A stretch of DNA of 64,000 nt. It comes from Camelus ferus (Eukaryota). The stretch lies in contig NC_045697.1 in NCBI RefSeq assembly GCF_009834535.1, positions 115,632,001 to 115,696,000 on the forward strand, read 5' to 3'. Below, in pieces: positions 48,834-62,300 of the stretch. The notes under the pieces were generated by a model. The model was given only the letters and a program-made list of their open reading frames with translations. It did not search any database and had not been told where the DNA came from. The first letter of the stretch is position 1; each line of letters opens with the position of its first letter. Made by a program: the position numbers and the translations under genes.

Positions 48834-49531
48834 TTATGTCCAGAAAATGTGAAAACTCTATATGCACCCCAATGTTCATAGCAGCACTATTTACAATAGC
48901 CAAGACATGGGAACAGCCTAAATGTCCATTAACGTATGAATAGATCAAGATGTGTATATATGAATATATGCAATGGAATATTACTCAGCCATAAAAAAGA
49001 AATAAATAATGCCACTTGCGGCAACATGGATGGACCTAAAGATTATCATACTAAGTGAAGTAAGTCAGAGAGAGAAAGACAAATATCATATCACTTATAT
49101 GTAGAATCTAAAAAAAAAGGATAAAAGCAAACTTATTTACAGAACAGAAAGAGACTCACAGACATAGAAAACAAACTTATGGTTACCAGGGGTTAAGGAG
49201 TTGGGGAGAGATAAATTGAGAATTTGGGATTTTCAGATACACACTACTATATGTAAAATAGATAAACAACAAGGACCCACTGTACAGCACAGGGAAATAT
49301 ATTCAATATCCTTTAATAACCTATACTAGAAAAAAATCTGAAAAAGTATATACATATATAAGTATATACAACTGAATCACTTTGCTGTAGACGTGAAGCA
49401 TAAATCAGCTGTACTTCAGTTTAAATACATATATATATAGGTGTGTGTGTATATATACACGTGTGTGTGCATATATGTGTGTGTGTATGTATGTGTGTGT
49501 GTGTATATATATACGTGTGTGTGTGTGTGTA
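48834..49531 (+). mobile_element. 5'-truncated L1 whose tail has become a (TA/TG)n microsatellite
   Basis: CTPMFIAALFTIAKTW-coding sequence and 3'UTR; candidate TSD TACATTGCCC (48824-48833) / TATATTGCCC (49532-49541). Confidence 0.9.
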
Positions 49532-49535
49532 TATA
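49426..49535. repeat. (TG)n/(TA)n compound microsatellite
   Basis: Alternating purine-pyrimidine tract seen directly. Confidence 0.95.
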
Positions 49536-49864
49536 TTGCCCCATTGGCTTTAAAAGTTAAGCACAAATTCAAGCTCAAAGAATATACCTTCAATTTTCTA
49601 GGAACTAATTATTCTCAGTCTCATTTCCAAGTGAATTATTAAACACAATAAATTGAACCGAGGTTTAAAGATCTTTACCCTAGATGTCTCTTTAGTTTTA
49701 ATCAGGAAACTCAAATATGCATAGAGGGTTACAGATTGTATGTTCTTTTTAAATTATTATAACATGTGTCCAAGAAGAAAGGGCAAGAAGTCAGTATCTC
49801 TTCATTTACCACAAAGAAATGTCTTGATTTGAAGAGATGTCTCAGAGATACTTTTTTTACACTG

Positions 49865-50319
49865 TGTACTGGGTTGTGTACTGGTCCCCACCAAAAAAAT
49901 TCACATCCACTAGTAACCTCGGAATGTGACCTTATTTGGAAATAGAGTCTTTGAAGATGTAATTAGTTGAATTAAGATGAGGTCATACTGGAATGGGGTG
50001 TGCCCTAACCCAATGACTGGTGTCCTCATAGGAACAGAAAGCAGGCACACAGTGAGAAAAAGAGGGAAGACAGAGACAGAGACGGAGACAGAGAACTCCA
50101 AGTGACTTCGGATGCAGAGATTACAATGATGCAGCTGCCAGCCAAGAAAAGGCAGTTGGTACTCACCAGAAGGAAACACCTCTCCTGAGAGCGTTTAGAG
50201 ACTAACAGTGTCCTGCCAACCTCTTGATTTCGGACTTCTAGCCTCCAGAACAAATTCCTGTTGTTGCAGACCACCGAGTTTGTGATCATCTGCCATGGCA
50301 GTCCTAAGAAAGGAGCACA
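49865..50319 (+). mobile_element. MaLR solo LTR, MLT1C-like
   Basis: GAATGTGACCTTATTTGGAAATAG...AAGATGAGGTCATACTGG...GACTTCTAGCCTCCAGAAC; 5-bp TSD CACTG/CACAG. Confidence 0.9.
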
Positions 50320-50374
50320 CACAGATTCACAGGGTGGGCTATATACCAGGAGAACGGTGTTATCTGTCTTTCTT

Positions 50375-50613
50375 GGTTTTTTTTTTTTTTTAACACTTTT
50401 TATTGATTTATAATCATGTTACAATGTTGTGTCAAATTCCAGTGTTCAGCACAATTTTTCATACATGGACATATACACACTCATTGTCACATTTTTTTCT
50501 CTGTGAGCTACCATAAGATCTTGTGTATATTTCCCTGTGCTATACAGTATAATCTTGTTTATCTATTCTACAATTTTGAAATCCCAGTCTATCCCTTCCC
50601 ACCCTCCGCCCTG
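50375..50613 (-). mobile_element. Young 5'-truncated L1 (3'UTR only)
   Basis: Perfect 14-bp TSD TATCTGTCTTTCTT (50361-50374 / 50614-50627); nearly identical to 52171-52407. Confidence 0.95.
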
Positions 50614-52166
50614 TATCTGTCTTTCTTACAGCTAATTCCTAATGTTGGACCTCTTCTCCTCCAGCCCCTCCAGCCTGCTGAAGCAGGTGGGAGTGTTCAA
50701 ATGAGCACTGATTCTTCATCTCAGACATTACATTATCATCATCTTCTCTCCTCAGGCCCCTCTCTGCTTCTCATCTCTGACGAGCAAATTGTGCTATTTG
50801 GATGAAGACACTTCCATTTAATTAATAATTCTTTTCATAAGTGAATTATCTTCTTTTCTGAGCCCAAGAGCCTAATTTTAGCTTGTTAACCTCATTATGT
50901 CCATGAGATCACTTTGGTAATTCTAAAGCTTCTCTGATTTACTTTCTTGACTAAAAATAAAAATAATACCAGATAATCAAATTAAAGGCTCTTCTCCAAT
51001 TAAATCTTCTGCCTAAAGTGAATATGGCTGAGAAGCGGGAACTTCTTACTTTTCCAGGAGTATATGTAAAGGGTCTTTGGTCCCAGCCTTCTTGATGTGA
51101 TCTTTTATTTCTCAAATCCATAACATGCCCTGTCTATTCCATGACAGTCTGCTGGGGGAAAAAAAAAAAGGTCAAACCTAATTTTCCAGTCCTCAGAAAA
51201 GAAGACTTTGAGATTAGCAGTGTTTTTTCTCACACTCATTCCTATTCTGTAGCCTAAGGAACTGTAAAATATATTAAGATTAATAGAAAAGAAATGAGTT
51301 TTAAACTGTGAGCAAAAGAGAGAGCCTTTTCAAGGTATCTGAGTTCATCCAGCAGAAAAGTGATTTCACAGCTTAGGTGAGGCAGCATCCCTGGAAAGGA
51401 TTTTTACTTCAGGGGTGGAGACCGTCACACTAAAATAGATGTCCACTAAGTCCAAAGCAGGCTTCAGCTGCCTGTGAACCAGAAGCCACGGAAGGTAAAT
51501 AACCAGGTGACATTAAGATTCCCAGGAATACAAGTCATTATTTTTACAGAAAACTAATTGCAACAACCTGCTCAGCATTTTCCTCCCAGTACTGATGAGA
51601 AAAAAAAAAGTGGATTGACACTAACGAAATAAGACTTGACAAATGAGTGATGCACTCCGCAAGTCCAGACTCCCTAGACGACAACCCTGCTTGTGCGTTC
51701 CACATCTTTTCTGAATTGCTTTTGTCCATGACAGCCCGTGAAACAATTTCTTTGTCATATGCTCCCTGGGTCAACGTTTATTTGGTATTTGTTACAGAGT
51801 AAAATTCAAAGTGAGCTGCGTGTTCAGTATAAGAATAGACTGGGATTTCAAAATGGTAGAATCAATAAAAAATGTTAAAAAAAAAAAAAAGAATCCAGTA
51901 GGATGTGCATCAATAAACACTAACAACTATATGTGGGCTAAGACTGAGCATCAGAACTCAATTCTGGGGGCGCCTAGAATAAATAAACGCAAGTCACAGC
52001 GATGGCCATCTACTAAGCTTGTGTCAAATCAGGTAAGTGTCATTATTTCCACCTTTGTCAACAGTCTACCCCCACGGTTGTTTCTGTTTCAGTTGGAGTT
52101 TCCAGAAAACAGATTATCAGAAGGGAATTTGCCTGCAGGAGCTTCCCCAATTATTGGGGGGGGGGG

Positions 52167-53776
52167 TTGCTTTTTTTTTTAAACATTTTTTATTGATTTA
52201 TAATCATTTTACAATGTTGTGTCAAATTCCAGTGTTCAGCACAATTTTTCAGTCATACATGGACATATACACACTCATTGTCACATTTTTTTCTCTGTGG
52301 GCTACCATAACATTTTGTGTATATTTCCCTGTGCTACACAGTATAATCTTGTTTATCTGTTCTACAATTTTGAAATCCCAGTCTATCCCTTCCCACCCTC
52401 CGCCCCCCTGGCAACCACAAGTCTGTATTCTCTGTCTATGAGTCTATTTCTGCCCTGTATTTATGCTTTGTTTTTGTTTGTTTGTTTGTTTGTTTGTTTT
52501 TGTCTTTGTTTTTTTAGATTCCACATATGAGCGATCTCATATGGTATTTTTCTTTCTCTTTCTGGCTTACTTCACTTAGGATGACATTCTCCAGGAGCAT
52601 CCATGTTGCTGCAAATGCCATTATGTTGTCGGTTTTTATGGCTGAGTAGTATTCCATTGTATAAATATACCACATCTTCTTTATCCAGTCATAATAAAAT
52701 TTATATGGAACCATCAAAGACCTAGAATTGCCAAAGCATTACTGAAGAGAAAGAAAGAGGCTGGAGGAATAACTCTCCCAGACTTCAGACAATACTATAG
52801 AGCTACAGTCATCAAGACAGCATGGTATTGGTACCAAAACAGACATATAGACCAATGGAACAGAATAGAGAGCCCAGAAATGAACCCGCAAACTTTTGGT
52901 CAACTCATCTTTGACAAAGGAGGCAAGAATATACATTGGAATAAAGACAGTCTCTTCAGCAAATGGTGTTGGGAAAACTGGACAGCAGCATGTAAAACAA
53001 TGAAGCTAGAACACTCCCTTACACCATATACAAAAATCAACTCAAAATGGATTAAAGACTTAAACATAAGACAAGATACAATAAACCTCCTAGAGGAAAA
53101 CATAGGCAAAACATTATCTGACATACATTTCAAAAATTTTCTCCTAGAAGAAATAAAAGCAAGAATAAACAAATGGGACCTAATGAAACTTACAAGCTTC
53201 TGCACAGCAAAGGAAACCAGAAGTAAAACAAGAAGAAAACCTACGGAATGGGAGAAAATTTTTGCAAGTGAAACCCACAAAGGCTTGATCTCCAGAATAT
53301 ATAAGCAGCTCATACGACTCAATAAGAAAAAAAATGAACAACCCAATCCAAAAATGGGCAGAAGACCTAAACAAGCAATTCGCCAAGGAAGACATACAAA
53401 TGATCAAAAGGCACATGAAAAAAATGCTCAATATCACTAATTATCAGAGAAATGCAAATCAAAACTACAATGAAGTATCACCTCACACCAGTCAGAATGG
53501 CCGTCATTCAAAAATCCACAAATAACAAATGCTGAAGAGGCCGTGGAGAAAGGGGAACTCTCCTACACTGCTGGTGGGAATGCAGTTTGGTGCAGCCACT
53601 ATGGAAAACAGTGTGGAGATTCCTCAAAAGACTAGGAATAGAGTTACTGTATGACCCAGGAATCCCGCTCCTGGGCTTGTATCCTGAAGGAACCCTACTT
53701 CAGGATGACACCTGCACCCCAATGTTCATAGCAGCACTATTTACAATAGCCAAAACATGGAAACAGCCTAAATGCC
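52167..53776 (-). mobile_element. Young L1 with 5' inversion (minus 52167-52692; plus 52693-53776)
   Basis: Minus segment encodes [19 protein letters not shown] plus 3'UTR and tail; plus segment encodes ORF2 ...[10 protein letters not shown]...KQPKCP; TSD CCCCA(A/G)TTATTG (52145-52156 / 53775-53786). Confidence 0.95.
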
Positions 53777-53794
53777 CCAGTTATTGTTATTAGG

Positions 53795-54152
53795 GGAATA
53801 ATGAAAACTTGCCTTAATGAAGTGAGGCAAGCAAGACTGGGCAGGAGACACTGAGCTATGATGCTGACTCAAAAGTGGCCTTGGCCAATCTCTGAAGAGC
53901 TCTGAAATATGTCTGGCCCTTCAAAGATGCCCCCAAATGAAGTGAAAGGGCTTTAGAAACCCTAGATCAAAAAGTCACCAGAAGTGGTTGCTCCTGAGGA
54001 TGTGGCTTAACGCTAGGCGGGACAGCTCTCTGTGAAAGGCAGTTGCCAGAGAGGGGCTCAGAGTTGGGTGATCAGCCAGCAACACCCCAGCATCTGGCAT
54101 GAGGGTCACAGCCCCGACGGGCGTACTAACCAGAGCATTTCAGCATCCACCA
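53795..54152 (-). mobile_element. Old ERVL-type LTR (LTR41-like)
   Basis: AGACTGGGCAG...GAGCTCTG...TGGCCCTTCA...CAGCCAGCAACACCCCAGC...CAGCATCCACCA. Confidence 0.55.
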
Positions 54153-54499
54153 TGGCTTCCTCTTTGTTCCCAGCTTTTCTGTCTTTCTCTCTGTTTACTT
54201 AATTGTCACTAACCTTATCTGGCTCAACTGCCCTTTTCTCCTGAATCTTCTCACCCTGTACAAGCCTTGGTGCTGATGGCTTACTGCCATCTTGGTCCCC
54301 AAATTGCCATCCGGGTCCCCAGATACTCCCCAACTCTACAGTGCTTGCTCAGAAATCCTTTCTTACTCCAGCTGAGTGTAGCCAATACGAAAGCTGGTGC
54401 ATCCCTAGAGTCAGGGAGCAAGGAGGCACTCCTACTGTCAGAGATGCCGTTGGCGCCCCACCTGTAACCCCTTATCCTTACCGTTTCCTTTCATGTGGG

Positions 54500-54892
54500 C
54501 TGAATGCCAACCACCATGGCTGTACCTCATTGCCTTATGGCTTTCTCTGTTTTCCAGGAGCTCATTTTGCCCACCTGTATGCAAACCAGGGAGGCCTGGG
54601 AGAATCTAAACCGATGACCAGTGAAAACTGGAATATAAAGTACCTGAGATCTCATACTGCTCACCTGGAATCATGCTGGTGTGTGCGTTCTACAACCCAG
54701 CTCTCAGATTTCCCCAGTGGGGTCAAACTCCAATTACCCGTAGTGGTGACTTGATTACACCCTCTTTATTGGGAGCCTTCCCTTCCTGGTCTCACTCCTT
54801 GATGAAGTTTCCTGGGATCACCTCCCAAATAAAATACTTAAAGTCAAATCCTTACATAAAGATCTAGTTCTTGGATAACGCAATCGAAGACA
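54500..54892 (+). mobile_element. Old ERVL-type LTR (LTR33-like)
   Basis: TTCCTGGGATCACCTCCCAAATAAA...AAGACA end; 5' boundary approximate. Confidence 0.65.
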
Positions 54893-57036
54893 GCCATATT
54901 AGTCCAAATGCCCTCAAGGAACAAATTTAAGGTGGTGTCAGAAGAGAGGAGTAAGGGGAAAGACAAGCAGATGAATTTATAAATGAAGACAAGCCAAAGG
55001 AAGAATAAAGTTAAGATAAGAAAAAAACGTGTCAGAAGAGAAAAATTATCAGAGGATTGACAATTGATGTATTTTTCCCACTACATATTTTAGTTTAGAG
55101 CCAGCATATGCCTGAAGTAACATTATTATGAGATTTACAGACATTGTTAGTCATCATCTCATCACCAATAAAGATATAAAGACATAAAGACATAAACAAA
55201 TGAATAAATAAATTTTAATACATAAGCCCATTGCATGTATCCCAGGGACGGGAAACAAAAAGATAGATTTGCATAGTAAACATTTGGTGTTTGTTAATTG
55301 TCCAGCCTCAAACACTCCCCTCACCATTAACACCATTCTCTTTCTTTTGAAGGTCCTGTGTATCTTCTTTCAAGGTGGCACCCACCTCTTACTAAGGAAG
55401 CCAAAGCAGTGGCTTTCTCTCCCTGCTCCAGCATGATTAACTGAACAGGCTCATCAAGAACTGTCTTCCTGGACCTTGAACTTTAAGTGATCAGACATGT
55501 TTCGAGGCTGGAGGTCACAGTCACCAGAGTGTCATCAGCATTTGGATCAAAGTGTTTCGAGGGAATGACTGTGCCTGTGGGATCTTCCCAAGCTGCCAAG
55601 CTCCTATTTTTCAATGTAACTTTTGGCCTCCAACCAGTTCCATGAATCCCTAATATCCATTCAGTAAGCACTATTTTGGCTAAGGGAGGTAGACTGATGC
55701 TGGCACACCAGGCGTATGCAGCAGCCAAGCGGTCCTCAGGGAAACACGGGAACCTTGGGGTTGGTTGCCTGGCCATGAAGGAGTAGTCCATGGAACTCCT
55801 GTACGATTTCTGTGAGACCATTTAGAGCTCCCTGATACTAATCACTGCAAAGCCTTCATCTTCAGACCTTTCCAGCATCTTCCTTTAATGTGCTTATTTT
55901 TGTTTTTGTTCTCAAAGAAATCCAATGTATATTTTTTTAAGTTATACACTTATATGAATTTTATCATTTGTCTACATCAAAGTCCATATGACATTGTTTA
56001 ATAATTCTAAAATGAGTTATTTGTGTAAACCTGACCTAAAGTTCAAATGTAGATCTCACAACTGCCCATTTTCTGACTCTGACTGACGTCACACATTAGA
56101 AAAGAAATATATTTCCCATGACTGATTTATTTTAACTTACATTAAGAGCCAATGCAGAAGAATATTGCTAAATTCACTAATAAAGTACTGTGAGAAAAGA
56201 TTGAGAAAGTAAAACTGAAAAACTAAATCCCTCCATAAAAATTTTCAAAATGATGATTTTCAAATAGATTCTCATTTGAAAAATCAAATTAAAATTGCCT
56301 ATTTTTAACATTAAAAATATGAGACTCCTTCTATTTAAAATTAGCTAAGAGAAAATGAAATTTAAGCCAAAGAGGGACATCTGTGTAGTTGGTATGTGAG
56401 TGTATTTCAACTATATCATGTTAATTGACCCAAGACATCTTCCATTGTTTTGATTATCTGCCTGATTTATCAGGAAATGGAGTGGGAAAGCAAAGATTAC
56501 TGTGTGGTTATATTTATCTTAATTTTTAAACTGTTTAGTTTCATTTATCTGAAAGAAACACTTCTGTATTTCTGTAAAGACTTAGGGCGATTGATTTAAA
56601 TCCAGACATGAAGTCTTTCCCGGGGTGGAGAGACAGCAGTAAAGACATGAGTGTATAGGATCTAGCGGGGGTCTAGGTCCACATATTGATCCAACCAAAG
56701 AGAAGTTTACTTAGATAGGGCAGATCTGATTAATATTCAAGGAAACAGAATTCATATTCATATCCTTATTTGTTGATAAAATAACCATCCATTCCTTTTG
56801 TATCTTGACCTCCCAAAAGAGAGGGAAGGGTGGACTTTAGGATTATACACCACTTAGAATATAATCTCTCTTGACCATACCAATGATCTACCAAATAACA
56901 AATTGCCAAAAGGCGAAGTAGCTTTAATTTAGAGATCTGACATATTACTTCCCACTACACACTTTAAAAGAGCTCCTTTGATAAACTAGATGAAGAGTAG
57001 AATTTTTAAACTCTACTCCCCCATAGCCTATGCACA

Positions 57037-57132
57037 AAAAAGAAAGAAAGAAAGAAGAAGGAAGGAAGGAGGAAGGAAGGAAGGAAGGAAGGAAGTGAAG
57101 GAAGGAAGAAGAAAAGAAAGAAGAGAAAGAAA

Positions 57133-57177
<45 letters not shown>

Positions 57178-57410
57178 AGAAAGAAAGAAAGAAAGAAAGA
57201 AAAAAGAAGAAGAGAGAAAGAGAGAAAGAGAAAGAGAGAGATCCTCTCCCCCGCTCCTCTCTCCCTCTCTCTCCCTCCCCCTCCCTCCCTCCCTCCCCTC
57301 CCTCCATCCCTCACCTCTCCCTCCCTCCCCCCCCCTCCCTCCCTCCCCTCCCCCCCTCCCTCCACCCTCCCTCCCAGAAAGAAAAAGAAAGAAGAAAAGA
57401 AAGAAGAAAA
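57037..57410. repeat. Compound purine/pyrimidine microsatellite: (AAGG)n(AAAG)n - (CCCT)n - (AAAG)n
   Basis: Purine tract 57037-57241, pyrimidine tract 57242-57376, purine tract 57377-57410. Confidence 0.97.
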
Positions 57411-57469
57411 TCTTCAACATGCCACGCAAGATTTTGTAAGATCTGGATGCTATAAGCTTCTTACTTATC

Positions 57470-57865
57470 TGCCTCCACATAAACCACTGACCCTGCAATA
57501 CTGAACTTCTGGAAGTGTCGTGAATATATCAGGCCTTTTTATGTGCTTCTACTTAAAGCGCTCTCTTTCTCTATTCCCTCATTTAAGGCTTATCTCAGAT
57601 ATTGTCTCCTATGATAAAATTTTCCTTATGCCCCAAACTTTAGCCTCTCTTCTACTGCTGCATGGCCTCTTTTTCACAATCTTATGAGTACCTTGATGGT
57701 TTGTTTCCAGAAAGAAAAAAAAAATCATTGAAAGAATCTTCAAGGAGACTGTGAGCATCTTGGTGGCAGGTGTCATGACTTACTCTCTGAATCTCAAATA
57801 GCTAGCCCAGGAACTGACATATGCTGGGTCTTGACATATTTTTATCTCACAAATGAGTGAATAAA
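57470..57865 (+). mobile_element. L2 3' portion relic
   Basis: CCTGCAATACTGAAC...GACTGTGAGCATCTTGG..GGCAGG...AAATGAGTGAATAAATG. Confidence 0.65.
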
Positions 57866-59339
57866 TGTCACATTCTCCTATAGGATTCATGCCTTGAAAT
57901 ATACCATCCAGTTATTGGAAGAGCTGCAGTGACAAAAGATGGAGAATGCATCTTTGACATACAGAATACAGATATCTAAAATTAGAAGTATTTTTTTCTC
58001 ATTAAATCGTTTCCATCAATAAAAGTGCCTATCTTTTTTTTTCATTTTTCTAAAATATAGTATCTATATATGGAACTTTTTTTTCAAAGTTAAAAAGGAT
58101 TTACTTGTAATTTCCTATACATATTTAGCTTGTAAATATGTCTGTCAGTGTATTAAGGGACAATGTATTAAGGACAATAACAAAACAAGTTAAAGTTTTC
58201 ATAGTGTTTCACTTCAAGTCCTGCACAAGTTGAAATCTGATAAAGGATTTACATTCGGTTATCTGAAACTCTGCATCTCCGACTTGCACCTTGAAATGGC
58301 AGGTTTATTCACTGCTGGTTTAAAGCCACTGTGCAGATGTGTCATTTAATGACTTTTAATAACATGTAAAAAATTAAAACACACACCACAAATAATGCAA
58401 AGAGAGAGATACTGTGCTGTGAAATCAGCAGTAGAGTTTTAGAAGCTTATTATTTTACTTTGTTTTTACTTTCAGGTAAAAAGACTTTAACTGAACACTC
58501 AACAGAATACCCTTCGAGCTGTTTTATCTGCATTTACACTTGTTCATTATTCTTTTCTTTTCTGTCACTTTGTTTCCCTTTTATCACTTCCTTCTTTTAT
58601 TATTAATTTTCCAATTCTGAGGGTATTTCTCCTCTTTTTGTATCTGTCCCATGAATCAACTATTTTATAAGCTCAGAAAATGATGTTAATAATTATAATT
58701 AGAGAGTAAAAACCACTAAAATGTAACAAGACACAGAACACCACCCTGGTGGAATCCACGGACACATACAACCTGTCCTGATTTCTTCTCGCCACTCAAG
58801 ACATGCATTTCTATGCAACTTAGGACAAAGCCAGGTTTGCAAGGCAACAAATAATCTGTCTAATTTCACTTATGGAAAAGGCCATTAAAGGCATATTTTG
58901 GGGGGGGGGTCTTAAGAAAACTTTTGTCCCCAGTGGAGTGTCTTCATTGTCATCAACCAAAAACGTAAATATTTCTGAATACATGGACCCATAAGTTAGC
59001 CAGCCTTTTGAATCTACATATCTCTTATAGTAAAGGCAGTGATCGGGAATAAAAAGTAAAAGATAAATGACTTCTCTTGCATAAATAATATTAAGTTAAC
59101 ACCAAAAATAAATCAACACCATAATAGTCAAAAGGGCAGGTCTGCAGACAGTATTAATATGAGGTTTGGATCAGAAAGGACTCTAAGAGGTTTGCTGCCA
59201 CTTAGGGAGAATGTATTAAAGACTACTTAATTTAAATGACTAAAAAGTAAACAAAAATTTCCAAAACATTGTAAAAAAAATGGAATAAGACTCAGGTTGT
59301 GAATAAAGAATTGGTGACTATGAAAGTGTTTGCTAGACG

Positions 59340-59388
59340 TGTGCTGTCCAATATGGTAGCCGTTAGCCATGTGTGGCTATTTAAATTT
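59340..59388 (+). mobile_element. MER3/MER33-like hAT-Charlie fragment
   Basis: GTGCTGTCCAATATGGTAGCCGTTAGCCATGTGTGGCTATTTAAATTT. Confidence 0.75.
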
Positions 59389-59394
59389 CTCAGA

Positions 59395-62300
59395 GGACTT
59401 CACTTTTTAGAGCCGTTTTAGGTTCACAGCAAAGTTGAGTGGGAAGTACAGTGATTTCCCATATATACCTTGCCCTCACACACACACAACCTCAACAGCT
59501 CTCACCAGAGTTACAGATTTGTCACAGTGGATAAGCCTACATTGATAAATCATAATCGCCAAAGTCCATAGTTTACATTAGGGATTCACTCTTGATGTTT
59601 GACAGTCTATGGATTTGGCCAAATGTCTAGTGAAGGACATGCACCCACAATTATCATATCACAAAGAGTGCTTTCAATCCCCTGAAAGTCCTCTGTCCTC
59701 TGCTCCTCCTCCTCCAACTCCTGGCAGCTACTAAACTTTTTACTGTCTCAACAGCTTTACCTTTTCCAGAATGTGATATGGTCGGAATCATACGGCATAG
59801 ATAGCCTTTTCAGGTTGGCTTCTTCACTTAACAATATGAATTTGCCTCCTCCATGTCTTTTCCTGGCTCAATAGCCTATTTGTTTTTGGCACTGAACAAT
59901 ATTTCATTGTCAGGATGGACCACAGTTTACAGTATCCATTCACCTACTGAAGGGCATTTTGGTTGCACCCAAGTTTTGGCAATTATGAATAAAGTTACTA
60001 TAAATATCTGTGTGTAGGGTTTGGCATGGATGTAAGCTTTTCAACACTTTGGGTAAATATCAAGGGGCACAATTGCTGGATTGTATCATAAGAGTATGTC
60101 TGGTTTTGTAAGAAACTGTCAAACTGTCTTCCAAAGTGTACTGCTTTGCATTCCTACCAGCAGGGTGAGAAAACCCGCACTGCTCCCTGTCTTCACCACC
60201 ACTTGCTGTCGTCAGTGTTCCAGACTGTGGCCATTCTGATAGGCATGCATTGGTGTCTATTGCTGCTCTAATTTGCATTTCCTTGATGACATAAGATGTG
60301 GAGTATCAGTCTCATATGCTTACTTGCCATTTATACATCTTTGTTGGTCAAGTGTCTGTTAAGATCTTTAACCCTTTTAAATTCAGGTTGTTTGTTTTCT
60401 TATTGTGGAGTTTGAAGAGTTCTTTGTATATTTTGCATGTAGGTGTCCAGTTGTTGCAGCATCCTTTGTTGAAGAAACTACCTTTGCTCCATTATATTGC
60501 CTTTGCTCCTTTATCAAAGACCAGTTATTTATATTAGTGTGGGTCTGGTTCTGAGCTCTCTGTTCTGCTCCATTGATCTATTTGTTCTCTCACCAACACC
60601 ACACACACTGCCTCGATTGTATTAGTTTTATAGTACATTTTGAAATCAAGTAGCATCAGTCCTCCAACTTTGTTCTTCTTCAATATTTTGTTGGCCATTC
60701 TGAGTATTTTATCTGTCCATTTAAACTTTAGAATCAGTTTCTTGTTATTCACAACATAACTTTCTGGGATTTTGATTGGGACTGCACTGAATCTGTAGAT
60801 CAAGTTGGGAAGAATTGACAGCTTGACAACATTCTATCTTCTTACCCATGAATATGGAATATTTCCTTAGTTAGTTCTTCTTTGATTTTGTTCATCAGAG
60901 TTTTGTAGTTTTCCTCATATAGATCTTGTAATATAAATGTGTTTTTAATTTCAAGTTCCATATGTTCATTGCTGGTATATAGGAAACCAACTGACTTTTG
61001 TGTCCTATAACCTGCAACTTTACTATAATGGCTCATTAGTTCCAGGAGATTTTTTTGTTGATTCTTTTGGATTTTCTACATGGATGAGCATGTCCTCTGT
61101 GAGCAAAGACAGTTTTATATCTTCCTTCTCAAACTGAATACCTTTATTTTCTTGTCACGTCTTTTTTCATTAGCAAGGACTTCCAGTACAAAGTTAAAAA
61201 GGAGTGGTGAGAGGGGACATCCTTGCCTTGTACCTGATCTTACTGAAAAAGCTTCAAGTTATAACATTAGCTGCAATTTGTTAATAGATTTTTGTTATCA
61301 AGTTGAGAAAATTTCCTTTCATTCTTGGTTTACTGAGTTTCTGACATGAATGTGTGCTGGATTTTGTCAAATACTTTTTTTTTTTTTTGCATCTATTGAT
61401 AGGATTGTATGGTTTTTTTTCTTTTTAAGTCTGTTGATGAAATTAATTGGTTTTCCAATGTAGAATCAGCTTTGAATAACTGGTATAAATCACACTTATT
61501 TATGACGTATAATTCTTTTTATACATTGTTGGATACCATTTGCTAATATTTTGTCAAGGATTTTTGCATCTGTGTTCATGAGATGTATTGATCTGTAGTT
61601 TTCCTTTCTAAGTGTCTTTGTTTGGTTTGGGTTGGGGTAATGTTGGTCTCACAAAATGACCTAGGAAGTAGTCTCTAGGTTTCTGTCCTCTAAGAGTGTA
61701 GAGAATTAGTATAATTTCTTCCTTAAATATTTGGTAGAATTCACCAGTGAATTTGCACCAGGGACTCGTGCTTTCTATTTTAGAAGGTTATTAATTTTTA
61801 TTTAATTTATTTAATAGATACAGGACTATTCAGATTGTCTATTTATTCTGTGTGAATCTTGGCAAATTGTGTCTTTCAAGGAAATGGACCGTTTCATTTA
61901 GGTTATGCAATTTGTGGGTGTAGAATTGACTAGAGTAGTCCTTCATTGTCTTTTTAATTTCCATGGGATCTGTGGTATTTTTCTTTCTTTCACTTCTGAT
62001 ATTAGTAATTTGTGTTCTCTCTAATATTTTCTTAGTTAGCCTTGCTAGAAATTTATTGATTTTATTAATATTTACTAAGAACCAGTCTTAGGTTTTGTTT
62101 ATTTCTTCTTTTGATTTCCAGTTTTTGATTTCATTGATTTCTGCTCTAATTCTTATTCTTTCTTTTCTTCTGCTTATTTTAGATTTAGTTGACTCTTCCT
62201 TTTCTACTTTCCTAAAGTGGAAATTTAGATTATTGATTTTAGATCTTTCTTCTTTCTAAAATATGTGCTCAATGCTATAAATTTCTCTCTAAACACTGCT

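Noticed and set aside
52880..53793. Functional L1 ORF2
   Set aside because: C-terminal fragment only, frameshifted and inverted; no promoter, ORF1, endonuclease or RT core
55330..55700. Old MaLR/ERVL LTR
   Set aside because: Only a vague resemblance near 55640-55700; family and boundaries could not be supported
56084..56091. Perfect CRE TGACGTCA
   Set aside because: A single 8-mer in 64 kb is compatible with chance; no supporting context
56945..57498. Lys/Arg/Glu/Pro-rich ORFs up to 156 aa
   Set aside because: Translations of stop-free microsatellite tracts
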